Shown: one piece after another, positions 56,628 to 64,000 of the stretch
Layout of the letters: every line of letters begins with the position of its first letter
How positions within the stretch are numbered: position 1 is the stretch's first letter
Translations under genes and position numbers: made by a program
The notes under the pieces: generated by a model
What the model saw: only the letters and a program-made list of their open reading frames with translations
Databases searched by the model: none
What the model was told of the DNA's origin: nothing
From: Candidatus Daviesbacteria bacterium
GTDB lineage: Bacteria > Patescibacteriota > Microgenomatia > Daviesbacterales > UBA10151
Assembly (NCBI GenBank): GCA_016186955.1
Contig: JACPKP010000003.1
Coordinates: 2,290 to 66,289, forward strand
Length of the DNA: 64,000 nucleotides
Reading direction: 5' to 3'

Positions 56628-57313
56628 AGAAGATTTCTATAATAATTCCAGCTTTTAATGAAGAAGCGACTATTGAAAATTTATTGCTTAAGGTAATGAA
56701 AGTTGATTTTGGGAAATGGAAAAGTGAAATAATTGTTGTTGATGATGGATCAACTGACAAAACTTCAAAAGTTTTGTCAGAGAGTAAAAGGAAAAGAGAA
56801 AAATTCAAAGTAATAAGGCACAAAAAAAACAGGGGTAAAGGTGCAGCTATACAAACAGGTTTAAAGCATATAAAAGGGGATGCAGTCATAGTCCAGGATG
56901 CAGATTTAGAGTATGACCCAAAAGAAATAAAAAAACTTTTAAAGGAATTAGAAAAAGGAAAGACAGAGATAATTTTTGGGGCAAGGAATGTTAATGTCAG
57001 TAAAAAAGACCAGTTTTTGTATGTTTGGGGAATCAACTTATCCACATTCCTGCTGAATATTTTTTACGGGTCAAACATCACAGATCTTTATACCTGCTAT
57101 AAATTGTATAGGGCAGACCTTTTCCAGGAATACTCAGCCAAAAAAACCGGTTTTGAATGGGATATTGAAATGATAACCGGGCTTTTAAAAAAAGGGTATA
57201 AAATAAGTGAAGTACCCATAAAATACAAACCAAGAAAATTTTCCGAAGGTAAAAAAATCAGGCCCTGGGATGGGATAATCGGGCTTTGGGTGATTATTAA
57301 AAATAGGTTTTAA
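56624..57313 (+). CDS. GT2 glycosyltransferase, DPM1-like
   Basis: 'KISIIIPAFNEEATI...IIVVDDGSTDKT...VIVQDADLEYDP' (DxD = DAD). Confidence 0.7.
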   Translation: MKKISIIIPAFNEEATIENLLLKVMKVDFGKWKSEIIVVDDGSTDKTSKVLSESKRKREKFKVIRHKKNRGKGAAIQTGLKHIKGDAVIVQDADLEYDPKEIKKLLKELEKGKTEIIFGARNVNVSKKDQFLYVWGINLSTFLLNIFYGSNITDLYTCYKLYRADLFQEYSAKKTGFEWDIEMITGLLKKGYKISEVPIKYKPRKFSEGKKIRPWDGIIGLWVIIKNRF

Positions 57314-57319
57314 AAGGGT

Positions 57320-57709
57320 TCAAACATCAAATTTATCCCCGGGGGCAGATGGGGTTTTGACAACAAAAACTTTAGTTCCGGGTGCATTCTCAGGATTTTG
57401 CAGCACAGTTCCGGGTGGAATAACCAGGAACTCATTTTCCTCAAGATTTATTTCCTCTTTTTGGTCAACAATGAGCCTTAATCTGCCGGATAAAACAAAA
57501 GTTACCTCATACATTAGTTTATGATAGTGAGGTTTAGACTCATCAATAACAGGTAATTCCATTATTGCACACTCCAGATCCTCCCTTTGGAGCAGTGGAT
57601 CTTTTAAAAAAGCGCCAATAAAATAACCTTTATTTTTGTCAAAATCCTTTATGTTGCCTTTAAAAAACCTGGGACTTTCCTGCTCTCTTTCCAAATTCTC
57701 AATTGACAT
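57320..57709 (-). CDS. cupin-fold protein (possible NDP-sugar 3,4-ketoisomerase/epimerase, FdtA/WxcM-like)
   Basis: 'KPHYHKLMYEVTFVLSGRLRL...EFLVIPPGTVLQNPEN' is a two-motif cupin signature. Start set at 'MSIENLEREQ' (internal Met), giving divergent spacing to the next gene. The functional assignment is by context. Confidence 0.45.
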   Translation of the reverse strand: MSIENLEREQESPRFFKGNIKDFDKNKGYFIGAFLKDPLLQREDLECAIMELPVIDESKPHYHKLMYEVTFVLSGRLRLIVDQKEEINLEENEFLVIPPGTVLQNPENAPGTKVFVVKTPSAPGDKFDV

Positions 57710-57740
57710 GGCAGGATTATAACATATTATATTATTTGAA

Positions 57741-58547
57741 ATGACAAGTGATGTAAAAGTTTGTGTTATCCCTGCTGCAGGCAAAGGGTCAAGGTGGGCT
57801 CCTGTTTCCGGGTACCTTCCCAAAGAGATGTTGCCTCTTGTAGAGAGGCCGGTTATAGAATGGGTCGTGAGTGAAGCAGCAGCTGGAGGTTTCAAAGAGG
57901 TTATTATTGTGTTGAATAAACAGAAAAATGCGATAAAAAAATATCTGCAAAAAAATGTTGAGGTTAATAAAAAAGTTAAGCTAAGCTTTGTTTATCAGGA
58001 AAAACCTCTGGGGATAGCACATGCGCTGTTTATCTTAAGGCATATAATTGGGGACAGGCCATTTGGGATGGCTTTACCGGATCTGCCAACAATCTCAAGG
58101 AAACCTGTCATTGGGCAACTGGTAAAAGCTTTCCAATCTCTGGGGGGGAAAGCACACATCACATCTTTCAATATTTTTCCGGAAAACTGCAGACATTTTT
58201 ACAGCGAATGTTTGCTGGAGAAATATGAAAAAAAGCAGTTACTAAAATTGATTCATTTTTGTCCGAAAACAAAAAATTCTCAAAAACCCCACCATCCTTT
58301 AAATAAACTCAGGATGTCAGGAAGGTATGTATTTAACCCATCAATTTTCAAAAGTTTAGAAAATTTAATGGAAAATGCGGTAAATAGTGAAATTACTGAT
58401 GTTGACGGGTTAAAGGCTGTCATGAAAGACAACCAGGAGGTGGTTGGTTTTGCCATTGAGGGGCATACCTATGATACCGGCAATCCGGCTAGCTATATCA
58501 GGGCGAATACAGCTTTTTTTAAAAAGAGGCTCGCCAAAAACAGTTGA
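57741..58547 (+). CDS. sugar-1-phosphate nucleotidyltransferase, GalU-like (UTP-glucose-1-phosphate uridylyltransferase family)
   Basis: 'VCVIPAAGKGSRWAPVSGYLPKEMLPLVERPVIEWVVSEAAAGG' closely matches the GalU signature (IPAAGLGTR.LPATK..PKEMLP.VDKP.IQY). Confidence 0.65.
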   Translation: MTSDVKVCVIPAAGKGSRWAPVSGYLPKEMLPLVERPVIEWVVSEAAAGGFKEVIIVLNKQKNAIKKYLQKNVEVNKKVKLSFVYQEKPLGIAHALFILRHIIGDRPFGMALPDLPTISRKPVIGQLVKAFQSLGGKAHITSFNIFPENCRHFYSECLLEKYEKKQLLKLIHFCPKTKNSQKPHHPLNKLRMSGRYVFNPSIFKSLENLMENAVNSEITDVDGLKAVMKDNQEVVGFAIEGHTYDTGNPASYIRANTAFFKKRLAKNS

Positions 58548-58660
58548 TGCTGTTTGGTACCTTTAATCCCTCTTGACCCTTCATTGGCATAAAAGCTATA
58601 AGTAAATTACTGTAAATTTTTTGTGCCAGTAACAAAATTTTCAGCCTCGATTATTTTACA

Positions 58661-60178
58661 ATGGAAAAGATCCATGATATTCCGGTGTGTTTCATCATCC
58701 CCCCTTCAACATTCCTGGCTGATGAGCGGGTTTTTCCATTCCTGGGCCCTTTGAAAGTTGCGGCTGAGCTCAAAAAAAACGGCAACAAGGTAGAGGTGTT
58801 GGATTTGTCAGGTTATGGCAACTTTGAGGAGATTGTTGAACAATACGTTAAAGAAACAGATATTAAAAACTTTGCCCTTACTGCCACTACGCCTCAAATC
58901 CCTGCTGCTGCAAAAATAGTCAATAAGTTAAGAGAGGGTGCCCCTGAAGGGAAAATTATTTTAGGCGGGCCGCATACAACCTTAACCTATACAGGCATGA
59001 CGGAAGATCTTAAAGCAGGGAGGCTTTCCAGGGGAACCCTTGCTTACAGGCAGCTTGAGGGTCTTTTTGATAAGTTGGTGGTAGGCGATGGGGAGTTGGC
59101 TATTTTCCGGGCGCTTGATCCAGAATGTAAACTTAAGACCATAGATGCCGGGAATTTAAAATCACCCCTATTCATGCAAAAAGGGACGCTGGAAAATTTT
59201 GAGTTTCCTGCCAGGGATTTGATTGACTTGGATAGTTACCATTATTATATTGACGGCCACAGGGCTTTTTCAGTAATTGCCCAACTCGGTTGTCCTTTTG
59301 AATGTGGCTTTTGCGGTGGTAGGGATTCCCAGGTTTTCCGGGTTGCCCGTTCCAGAAGCATAAACCATGTGATTTCAGAGATAGAGTATGAGGTTGGTAA
59401 ATCCAGGGAGAGAGGAAACCCATATTCAGCAGCCATGTTTTATGATGATGAGTTAAACATCTCGCCAAAAAATCTTGAAAACCTCTGCCAAGAGTTGATT
59501 TTGATGCAAGAACGGCTTGGGGTGGAGATGAGGTTTAGGGGGTTTGTCAAAGCTGAACTTTTTACACCTACCCAGGCAAAACTGATGTATGATGCAGGCT
59601 TCAGGATGCTTTTATCAGGGGTAGAATCAGGGTCAGATGAGATGTTAAAAACTATGAAGAAGCACACTACCTCTTTGATCAACAGCATCTGTTTAAATTA
59701 TGCAAAAGATGCAGGACTTAAATTCAAAGCATTGATGTCTATCGGCCACCCGGGGGAATCCGAAAAAACCGTCCGGGAATCTGTTGATTGGGTCCTAAAA
59801 AATAAACCCGATGATGTGGACTGGACCATCATTACCCAATACCCGGGGTCCCCTTATTTTGATAAGTCTATTTATGATGATCAAGAGCAGGCTTGGGTGT
59901 ATGTTGAAACCAAAACCGGTCATAAACTTTGGAGCAGGGCGATTGACTATACTGTTGAAGCTGAATATTATAAAGGTGTGCCCGGGGATTATACCTCTTA
60001 TGTCTGGACAAAATATTTGAGTTCGGAAAGATTGGTGGAGCTTCGTGATGGGGCAGAACAGGTCACCAGAAATGCCCTCAAACTGCCCCCAATCACTGAA
60101 GCTGCAGTCCTCCAATTTGAGCACTCTATGGGTCAAAATTTACCAAGAAATATTTTGAGAGTGTCAAGTATAGTCTGA
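58661..60178 (+). CDS. B12-binding domain / radical SAM protein (class B radical SAM, putative sugar C-methyltransferase)
   Basis: N-terminal cobalamin-binding Rossmann-like region, then 'AQLGCPFECGFCGG' (CxxxCxxC). Confidence 0.65.
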   Translation: MEKIHDIPVCFIIPPSTFLADERVFPFLGPLKVAAELKKNGNKVEVLDLSGYGNFEEIVEQYVKETDIKNFALTATTPQIPAAAKIVNKLREGAPEGKIILGGPHTTLTYTGMTEDLKAGRLSRGTLAYRQLEGLFDKLVVGDGELAIFRALDPECKLKTIDAGNLKSPLFMQKGTLENFEFPARDLIDLDSYHYYIDGHRAFSVIAQLGCPFECGFCGGRDSQVFRVARSRSINHVISEIEYEVGKSRERGNPYSAAMFYDDELNISPKNLENLCQELILMQERLGVEMRFRGFVKAELFTPTQAKLMYDAGFRMLLSGVESGSDEMLKTMKKHTTSLINSICLNYAKDAGLKFKALMSIGHPGESEKTVRESVDWVLKNKPDDVDWTIITQYPGSPYFDKSIYDDQEQAWVYVETKTGHKLWSRAIDYTVEAEYYKGVPGDYTSYVWTKYLSSERLVELRDGAEQVTRNALKLPPITEAAVLQFEHSMGQNLPRNILRVSSIV

Positions 60179-60313
60179 ATATTCTTCAAATTCAGGATTA
60201 GGTCAATCTTTAAAAAGCATTTCCAATTTAAGAATACTATGGTAAATTAGCAACAAGAAGATACCACGCCACGGTGCGTAAGCCCGCGGAGTTGCATATA
60301 GAATATTCTGAAC

Positions 60314-61687
60314 ATGTTTACCAGCCCACGGTTTTCGCAAAGTTTGGATAAAACAGGCTTATCCTTAATATTGCCCTGTTTTAATGAAGCAGGATATCTA
60401 TGGGATTCTTATAAAAAGATAGTTGCAGAATTTCAGAAATATAAAATAGACTACGAAATAATTTTTATTGATGACCAAAGTCAAGACAATACAGTGGAAA
60501 TTATTAAAAAAATTCAAGCCGGAGATAATCGAGTAAAATACAAAATGCATCATAAAAATCAGGGAAGAGGGCAGACTGTTATGGATGGAATCAGGATTGC
60601 AAAAAATGATACGATAGGTTTTTTGGATGCTGATTTGGAGATTTCTGAAAAATATATTAAAATATTCGTTAAAAAATTAGAGGAAGGGTATGACCTTGCA
60701 ATTGCTAAGAGATCATACACAATAAGCGTGCTTGCTTTACATCGGTTGATATTAAGCAAAGGCTACCACTGTTTAGAAAAAATATTGTTAGGGTTACCAT
60801 TTAACGATACACAATCCGGGTATAAATTTTTTATAAGATCTAAAATTAATCCCATACTTACAAAAATTGTTGACAAAAATTGGTTTTGGGATACTGAAAT
60901 AGTAGCCAGAAGTTACTATAATGATTTAAAAATTGTTCAAATACCAGTAATTTTCAAAAGAAGGTTGGATAAAAAATCCACAGTAAAAATTTTTAGCGAT
61001 TCTTGGACAAGTTTTAAAAGTTTATGGCAATTTGGGAAGGAATACAAGTTTCCAGGATTTGTTACTACCAAATTGGTGCTTAGTGTCAAAAATGATATTA
61101 AGGCACTGATAATGACTGTATTAAAGATTATTCTTTTCCCGTTTGCCCAGATGGAAAAACTTACACCCAAAAAAGGCAAGATCTTGGATCTTGGCTGCGG
61201 AGAAGGTACGTTTACTAAATATTTAGCAGAAACTTCTCAAAACAGGCAGGTTATTGGTATAGATTATTCAATAGGTCGTATCAGTAAAGCTAAAATAGGC
61301 GTTATGAATAAGCAAAATATTAAATTTATTCTTGGAGATATACTCAAAATTAGCTACCCAAAATGCGATGCAGTTGTTTTATCCGACACGCTCCACCATT
61401 TTAATCATAAAAACCAGAAATTTATTTTAACAAAATGTTACAAAGCGCTCAGGACAGATGGTATGATTTTAATTCGGGATGTTAACCCTGATGGTAGTCT
61501 AAAGCACCGTTTAAGTAAGTTTTGGGATGATATACTATATCCTGATGCTGAACCTGTTTCTTATTTACCACCCAAAATATGGGTTAATATATTAACTAAA
61601 ATAGGTTTTAATACCTGCTCAACGATCAATGCGAGATCATGGCCCATTATTTCTACAGTTCTGATTACAGCCAAAAAGAGTATTTAA
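60314..61687 (+). CDS. bifunctional GT2 glycosyltransferase / class I SAM methyltransferase fusion
   Basis: N-terminal 'LSLILPCFNEAGYL...IIFIDDQSQDNT...FLDADLE' (GT2). C-terminal 'ILDLGCGEGTFTKYLAE...VVLSDTLHHF' (methyltransferase motifs I and post-I). Confidence 0.65.
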   Translation: MFTSPRFSQSLDKTGLSLILPCFNEAGYLWDSYKKIVAEFQKYKIDYEIIFIDDQSQDNTVEIIKKIQAGDNRVKYKMHHKNQGRGQTVMDGIRIAKNDTIGFLDADLEISEKYIKIFVKKLEEGYDLAIAKRSYTISVLALHRLILSKGYHCLEKILLGLPFNDTQSGYKFFIRSKINPILTKIVDKNWFWDTEIVARSYYNDLKIVQIPVIFKRRLDKKSTVKIFSDSWTSFKSLWQFGKEYKFPGFVTTKLVLSVKNDIKALIMTVLKIILFPFAQMEKLTPKKGKILDLGCGEGTFTKYLAETSQNRQVIGIDYSIGRISKAKIGVMNKQNIKFILGDILKISYPKCDAVVLSDTLHHFNHKNQKFILTKCYKALRTDGMILIRDVNPDGSLKHRLSKFWDDILYPDAEPVSYLPPKIWVNILTKIGFNTCSTINARSWPIISTVLITAKKSI

Positions 61688-61714
61688 AATAATCAAATCT
61701 ATTATAATAACGCC

Positions 61715-62260
61715 ATGAAAGCTTTACGGGAAATTGGCATAAAAAAAGCTGTCTATTATTTATTTTTTAAGATATTTGATCTGCTGGTTGATTTATCGCC
61801 TATACCTCAGGTGAGATCTATTTTACTGCAGTTGGCTGGTGTCAAAATAGGCAAGGAAAATGTTATACATGATGTTAGCTTCTTTAACTATTATAAAAAG
61901 GGTTTTTCAACTTTAAAAATTGGGAGCTATTGTTTTATAGGCGACGGAGTGATGATAGACCTGTCAGGAGGTGTAGTATTAGAGAACCATGTGACTTTAT
62001 CAAACAGAGTTTTAGTTTTAACCCATACAAATGTTGGGTATAAAAATCATCCGTTACAAAAGTTTTTTCCAAAATTTACTAAAAAAGTCTTATTTAAAGA
62101 GGGTTGTTATGTAGGAGCAGGAGCCCAGATTATGCCGGGGGTTGTAATTGGCGAGTGTGCTGTTGTAGGGGCAGGAGCTGTAGTAATCAAAAATGTTCAG
62201 TCATGGACTGTGGTAGGTGGCATACCAGCCAAAAAAATTCGGAAAATAATTCGAGCATGA
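61715..62260 (+). CDS. hexapeptide-repeat (left-handed beta-helix) acetyltransferase
   Basis: 'GCYVGAGAQIMPGVVIGECAVVGAGAVVIKNV' hexapeptide repeats. WbbJ/FdtC-like context. Confidence 0.65.
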   Translation: MKALREIGIKKAVYYLFFKIFDLLVDLSPIPQVRSILLQLAGVKIGKENVIHDVSFFNYYKKGFSTLKIGSYCFIGDGVMIDLSGGVVLENHVTLSNRVLVLTHTNVGYKNHPLQKFFPKFTKKVLFKEGCYVGAGAQIMPGVVIGECAVVGAGAVVIKNVQSWTVVGGIPAKKIRKIIRA

Positions 62261-63429
62261 ATAGAAAGGATACATTTCTGGTATTTGGTAAACCTCACTT
62301 CAACCAGGATGAAATTGATGAAATCATAGATACTATAAAATCCGGGTGGTGGGGTACCGGACCTAAAACAGAAAAATTTGAATGGTTATTTAAAGAGTAT
62401 ATTGGTAGTAAATATTCATTGGCAGTAAATTCAGCAACTTCAGGCTTATTTTTAGCGCTTAAGGTATTAGGAATTTCAGAAGGTGATGAGGTTATTACTA
62501 CACCTTTGACTTTTTGTTCAACAGCCAACGTTATTCTCCATCTGGGAGCAAAACCGGTGTTTGCAGATATTGAAAGCGATTCATGGAATATAGATCCTAT
62601 CCAAATTGAAAAAAAAATAACTAAAAAAACCAAAGCCATATTACCAGTTCACTTGCATGGCAGGCCCTGTAAAATGGACCAGATCCGGGCAATTGCAAAA
62701 AAGCATAAGCTATATGTGGTTGAAGATGCTGCGCATGCTACTGAAGCCTGGTTTAAAAAAAAGAAGATTGGTAATATTTCCGATATTACGGTTTTTTCCT
62801 TCTATGTAACTAAAAATATCGCCACGGGAGAGGGAGGGATGGTAACAACGAACAATCGCAAATGGATAGAAAAAATGAGAGTTTTAAGCCTTCATGGTTT
62901 ATCCAGAGATGCTTATAAAAGATATTCAGTTAAGGAGTACGTAAATTATGAATGTATGTATCCTGGCTATAAGTTTAATATGACTGATTTAACCGCCTCA
63001 CTTGGTATACATCAACTGAGCAGGGTTAAAAAAAATTTTAAAATAAGAGGTCAGTTATGGGATTTGTATAATAAAGAGTTTGAGGATTGCCCTCTATTGA
63101 GTGTTCCGAAAAATGAAGATAATGATACTGTGCATGCGCGTCATATATATGCTATTTTATTAAAACTTGAGCTGATAAAAGTGAGTAGGGATAAATGTAT
63201 TAGTTTGTTAATTAGGGAAAAAATCGGAAGCGGTGTGCATTTTACACCCGTACACCTACACCACTATTACAAAAAAACTTTTGGGTATAGAAAGGGAGAT
63301 TATCCCAATGCAGAATTTATTGGCGAAAGGGTCATATCACTTCCGTTTGGAGCTAACTTAAAAGTTAAAGACATAAAGAGGGTTGCAGAAACTGTTAAAA
63401 AATTGCTTCATCAAAACTCAATACAATAA
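62257..63429 (+). CDS. DegT/DnrJ/EryC1/StrS-family PLP-dependent sugar aminotransferase
   Basis: 'FLVFGKPHFNQDEIDEIIDTIKSGWWGTGPKTEKFEWLFKEYIGSKYSLAVNSATSGLFLAL...' and 'SFYVTKNIATGEGGMV' (PLP-Lys region). Start at the internal Met, 4-nt overlap with the acetyltransferase. Confidence 0.75.
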   Translation: MNRKDTFLVFGKPHFNQDEIDEIIDTIKSGWWGTGPKTEKFEWLFKEYIGSKYSLAVNSATSGLFLALKVLGISEGDEVITTPLTFCSTANVILHLGAKPVFADIESDSWNIDPIQIEKKITKKTKAILPVHLHGRPCKMDQIRAIAKKHKLYVVEDAAHATEAWFKKKKIGNISDITVFSFYVTKNIATGEGGMVTTNNRKWIEKMRVLSLHGLSRDAYKRYSVKEYVNYECMYPGYKFNMTDLTASLGIHQLSRVKKNFKIRGQLWDLYNKEFEDCPLLSVPKNEDNDTVHARHIYAILLKLELIKVSRDKCISLLIREKIGSGVHFTPVHLHHYYKKTFGYRKGDYPNAEFIGERVISLPFGANLKVKDIKRVAETVKKLLHQNSIQ

Positions 63430-63431
63430 TA

Positions 63432-64000
63432 ATGATAAAATCGGGAAACTTCATTTTTAGTACAAAACTACAGCTACTCCTTATTGCTTTTTTAACAACT
63501 TTAGCTTATTCCAGTTTTTTCCAAAACGGGTTTATCGGGGATGATGAGAAATTTATGATGATTTGGGCGGAGATTAGGCATATTGAAAATATTCCCAGGT
63601 TTTTTTTAGGGTTTGGGTATGGAGGAGATGAGGCCAATAACACCCGCTACCTGCCTGTTGGGAATACATATTTGGCTATTATGTACCAGCTTTGGGGTAC
63701 TAATCCTTTGGGGTACCATTTTGCTAACCTGTTGGTTCATATAATGAGTGCTGTAGCTGTATACTTCATAGCCAGAGAAATAGTGATGAGTGTATGGTTT
63801 AAGACAAAAAACAATTTAGGTATAAATCTGGTGCCCTTTCTTACATCCCTTCTTTTTGCAATCCATCCCGTACAAACAGAAACAGTCAATTTTGTTTTTT
63901 TATCAAGAATTATTTTAGGTTTTATGTTTTATTTTTTTTCTTTTTTATTTTTTTTAAAAATTAATACAAAATTTAACCTAAATCTCTATCTTCTATCATT
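63432..64000 (+). CDS. TMTC-like GT-C glycosyltransferase paralog (5' partial, runs off window)
   Basis: 'LQLLLIAFLTTLAYSSFFQNGFIGDDEKFMMIW...YLPVGNTYLAIMYQLWGTNPLGYHFANLLVHIMSAVAVYFIAREI...' matches the paralog family. No stop codon before the window end. Confidence 0.55.
   Translation, partial: MIKSGNFIFSTKLQLLLIAFLTTLAYSSFFQNGFIGDDEKFMMIWAEIRHIENIPRFFLGFGYGGDEANNTRYLPVGNTYLAIMYQLWGTNPLGYHFANLLVHIMSAVAVYFIAREIVMSVWFKTKNNLGINLVPFLTSLLFAIHPVQTETVNFVFLSRIILGFMFYFFSFLFFLKINTKFNLNLYLLS

Overview
This is an AT-rich bacterial segment. The small, insert-bearing housekeeping proteins, the short multi-S1-domain rpsA and the abundant in-frame repeats suggest an uncultivated Patescibacteria/CPR-like lineage; that placement is inference.

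The first ~10 kb is housekeeping on the + strand: an S1-domain protein, tRNA-Pro (- strand), a PaaX/Cas2-fold regulator, tRNA-Arg, a sortase, a PEGA-domain protein, a metallophosphoesterase, ndk, radA, a LytR_C-domain membrane protein and a YacL-like PIN/TRAM protein. A convergent MerR-family regulator follows. From ~10.9 kb onward the window is a ~53 kb accessory surface/glycan island.

(1) A single 10,965-nt ORF encodes a 3654-aa protein. It joins an IS481-like transposase HTH region without a DDE domain, an N-terminal TM bundle, a processive GT2 (QRxRW, 'RTPK'), more TM helices, a Ser/Thr-rich extracytoplasmic region and ~3 dozen tandem ~60-aa Kelch-like repeats. It ends in a PEP-CTERM-like tail (IPEN - hydrophobic helix - KKFRRQKD). 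Immediately downstream lie a GxxExxY protein, a small exosortase/archaeosortase-family protein, and a four-helix-bundle (23S-IVS/Avd-like) protein.

(2) A tandem expansion of at least 10 paralogous TMTC-like (DUF1736, 'FV(x)DD' loop-1 motif) GT-C glycosyltransferases with C-terminal TPRs follows. Most also carry a conserved, uncharacterised ~120-aa C-terminal module ('KLQFFLFK...VYPADSPLM'). They are interleaved with a YfhO-family protein, a PMT_2/ArnT-like protein, other polytopic membrane proteins, three DPM1-like GT2s, a GT2-methyltransferase fusion, a NodU/CmcH carbamoyltransferase, two SAM methyltransferases (one TylC3-like C-methyltransferase), a B12-radical-SAM enzyme, and a GalU-like nucleotidyltransferase / cupin / DegT aminotransferase / hexapeptide acetyltransferase set resembling an Fdt-type amino-sugar pathway. 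Taken together these look like a complete extracytoplasmic protein O-glycosylation / surface-polymer system whose likely target is the giant Ser/Thr-rich repeat protein.

(3) The region is riddled with several families of short GC-rich palindromic MITE-like elements and AT-rich heptanucleotide (aaatYtc) arrays. Many sit in-frame inside ORFs, including four different elements at the same loop of the TMTC-like paralogs. Two paralogs appear split by an element-associated deletion.

No rRNA, CRISPR array, intact IS element or reverse transcriptase was seen.
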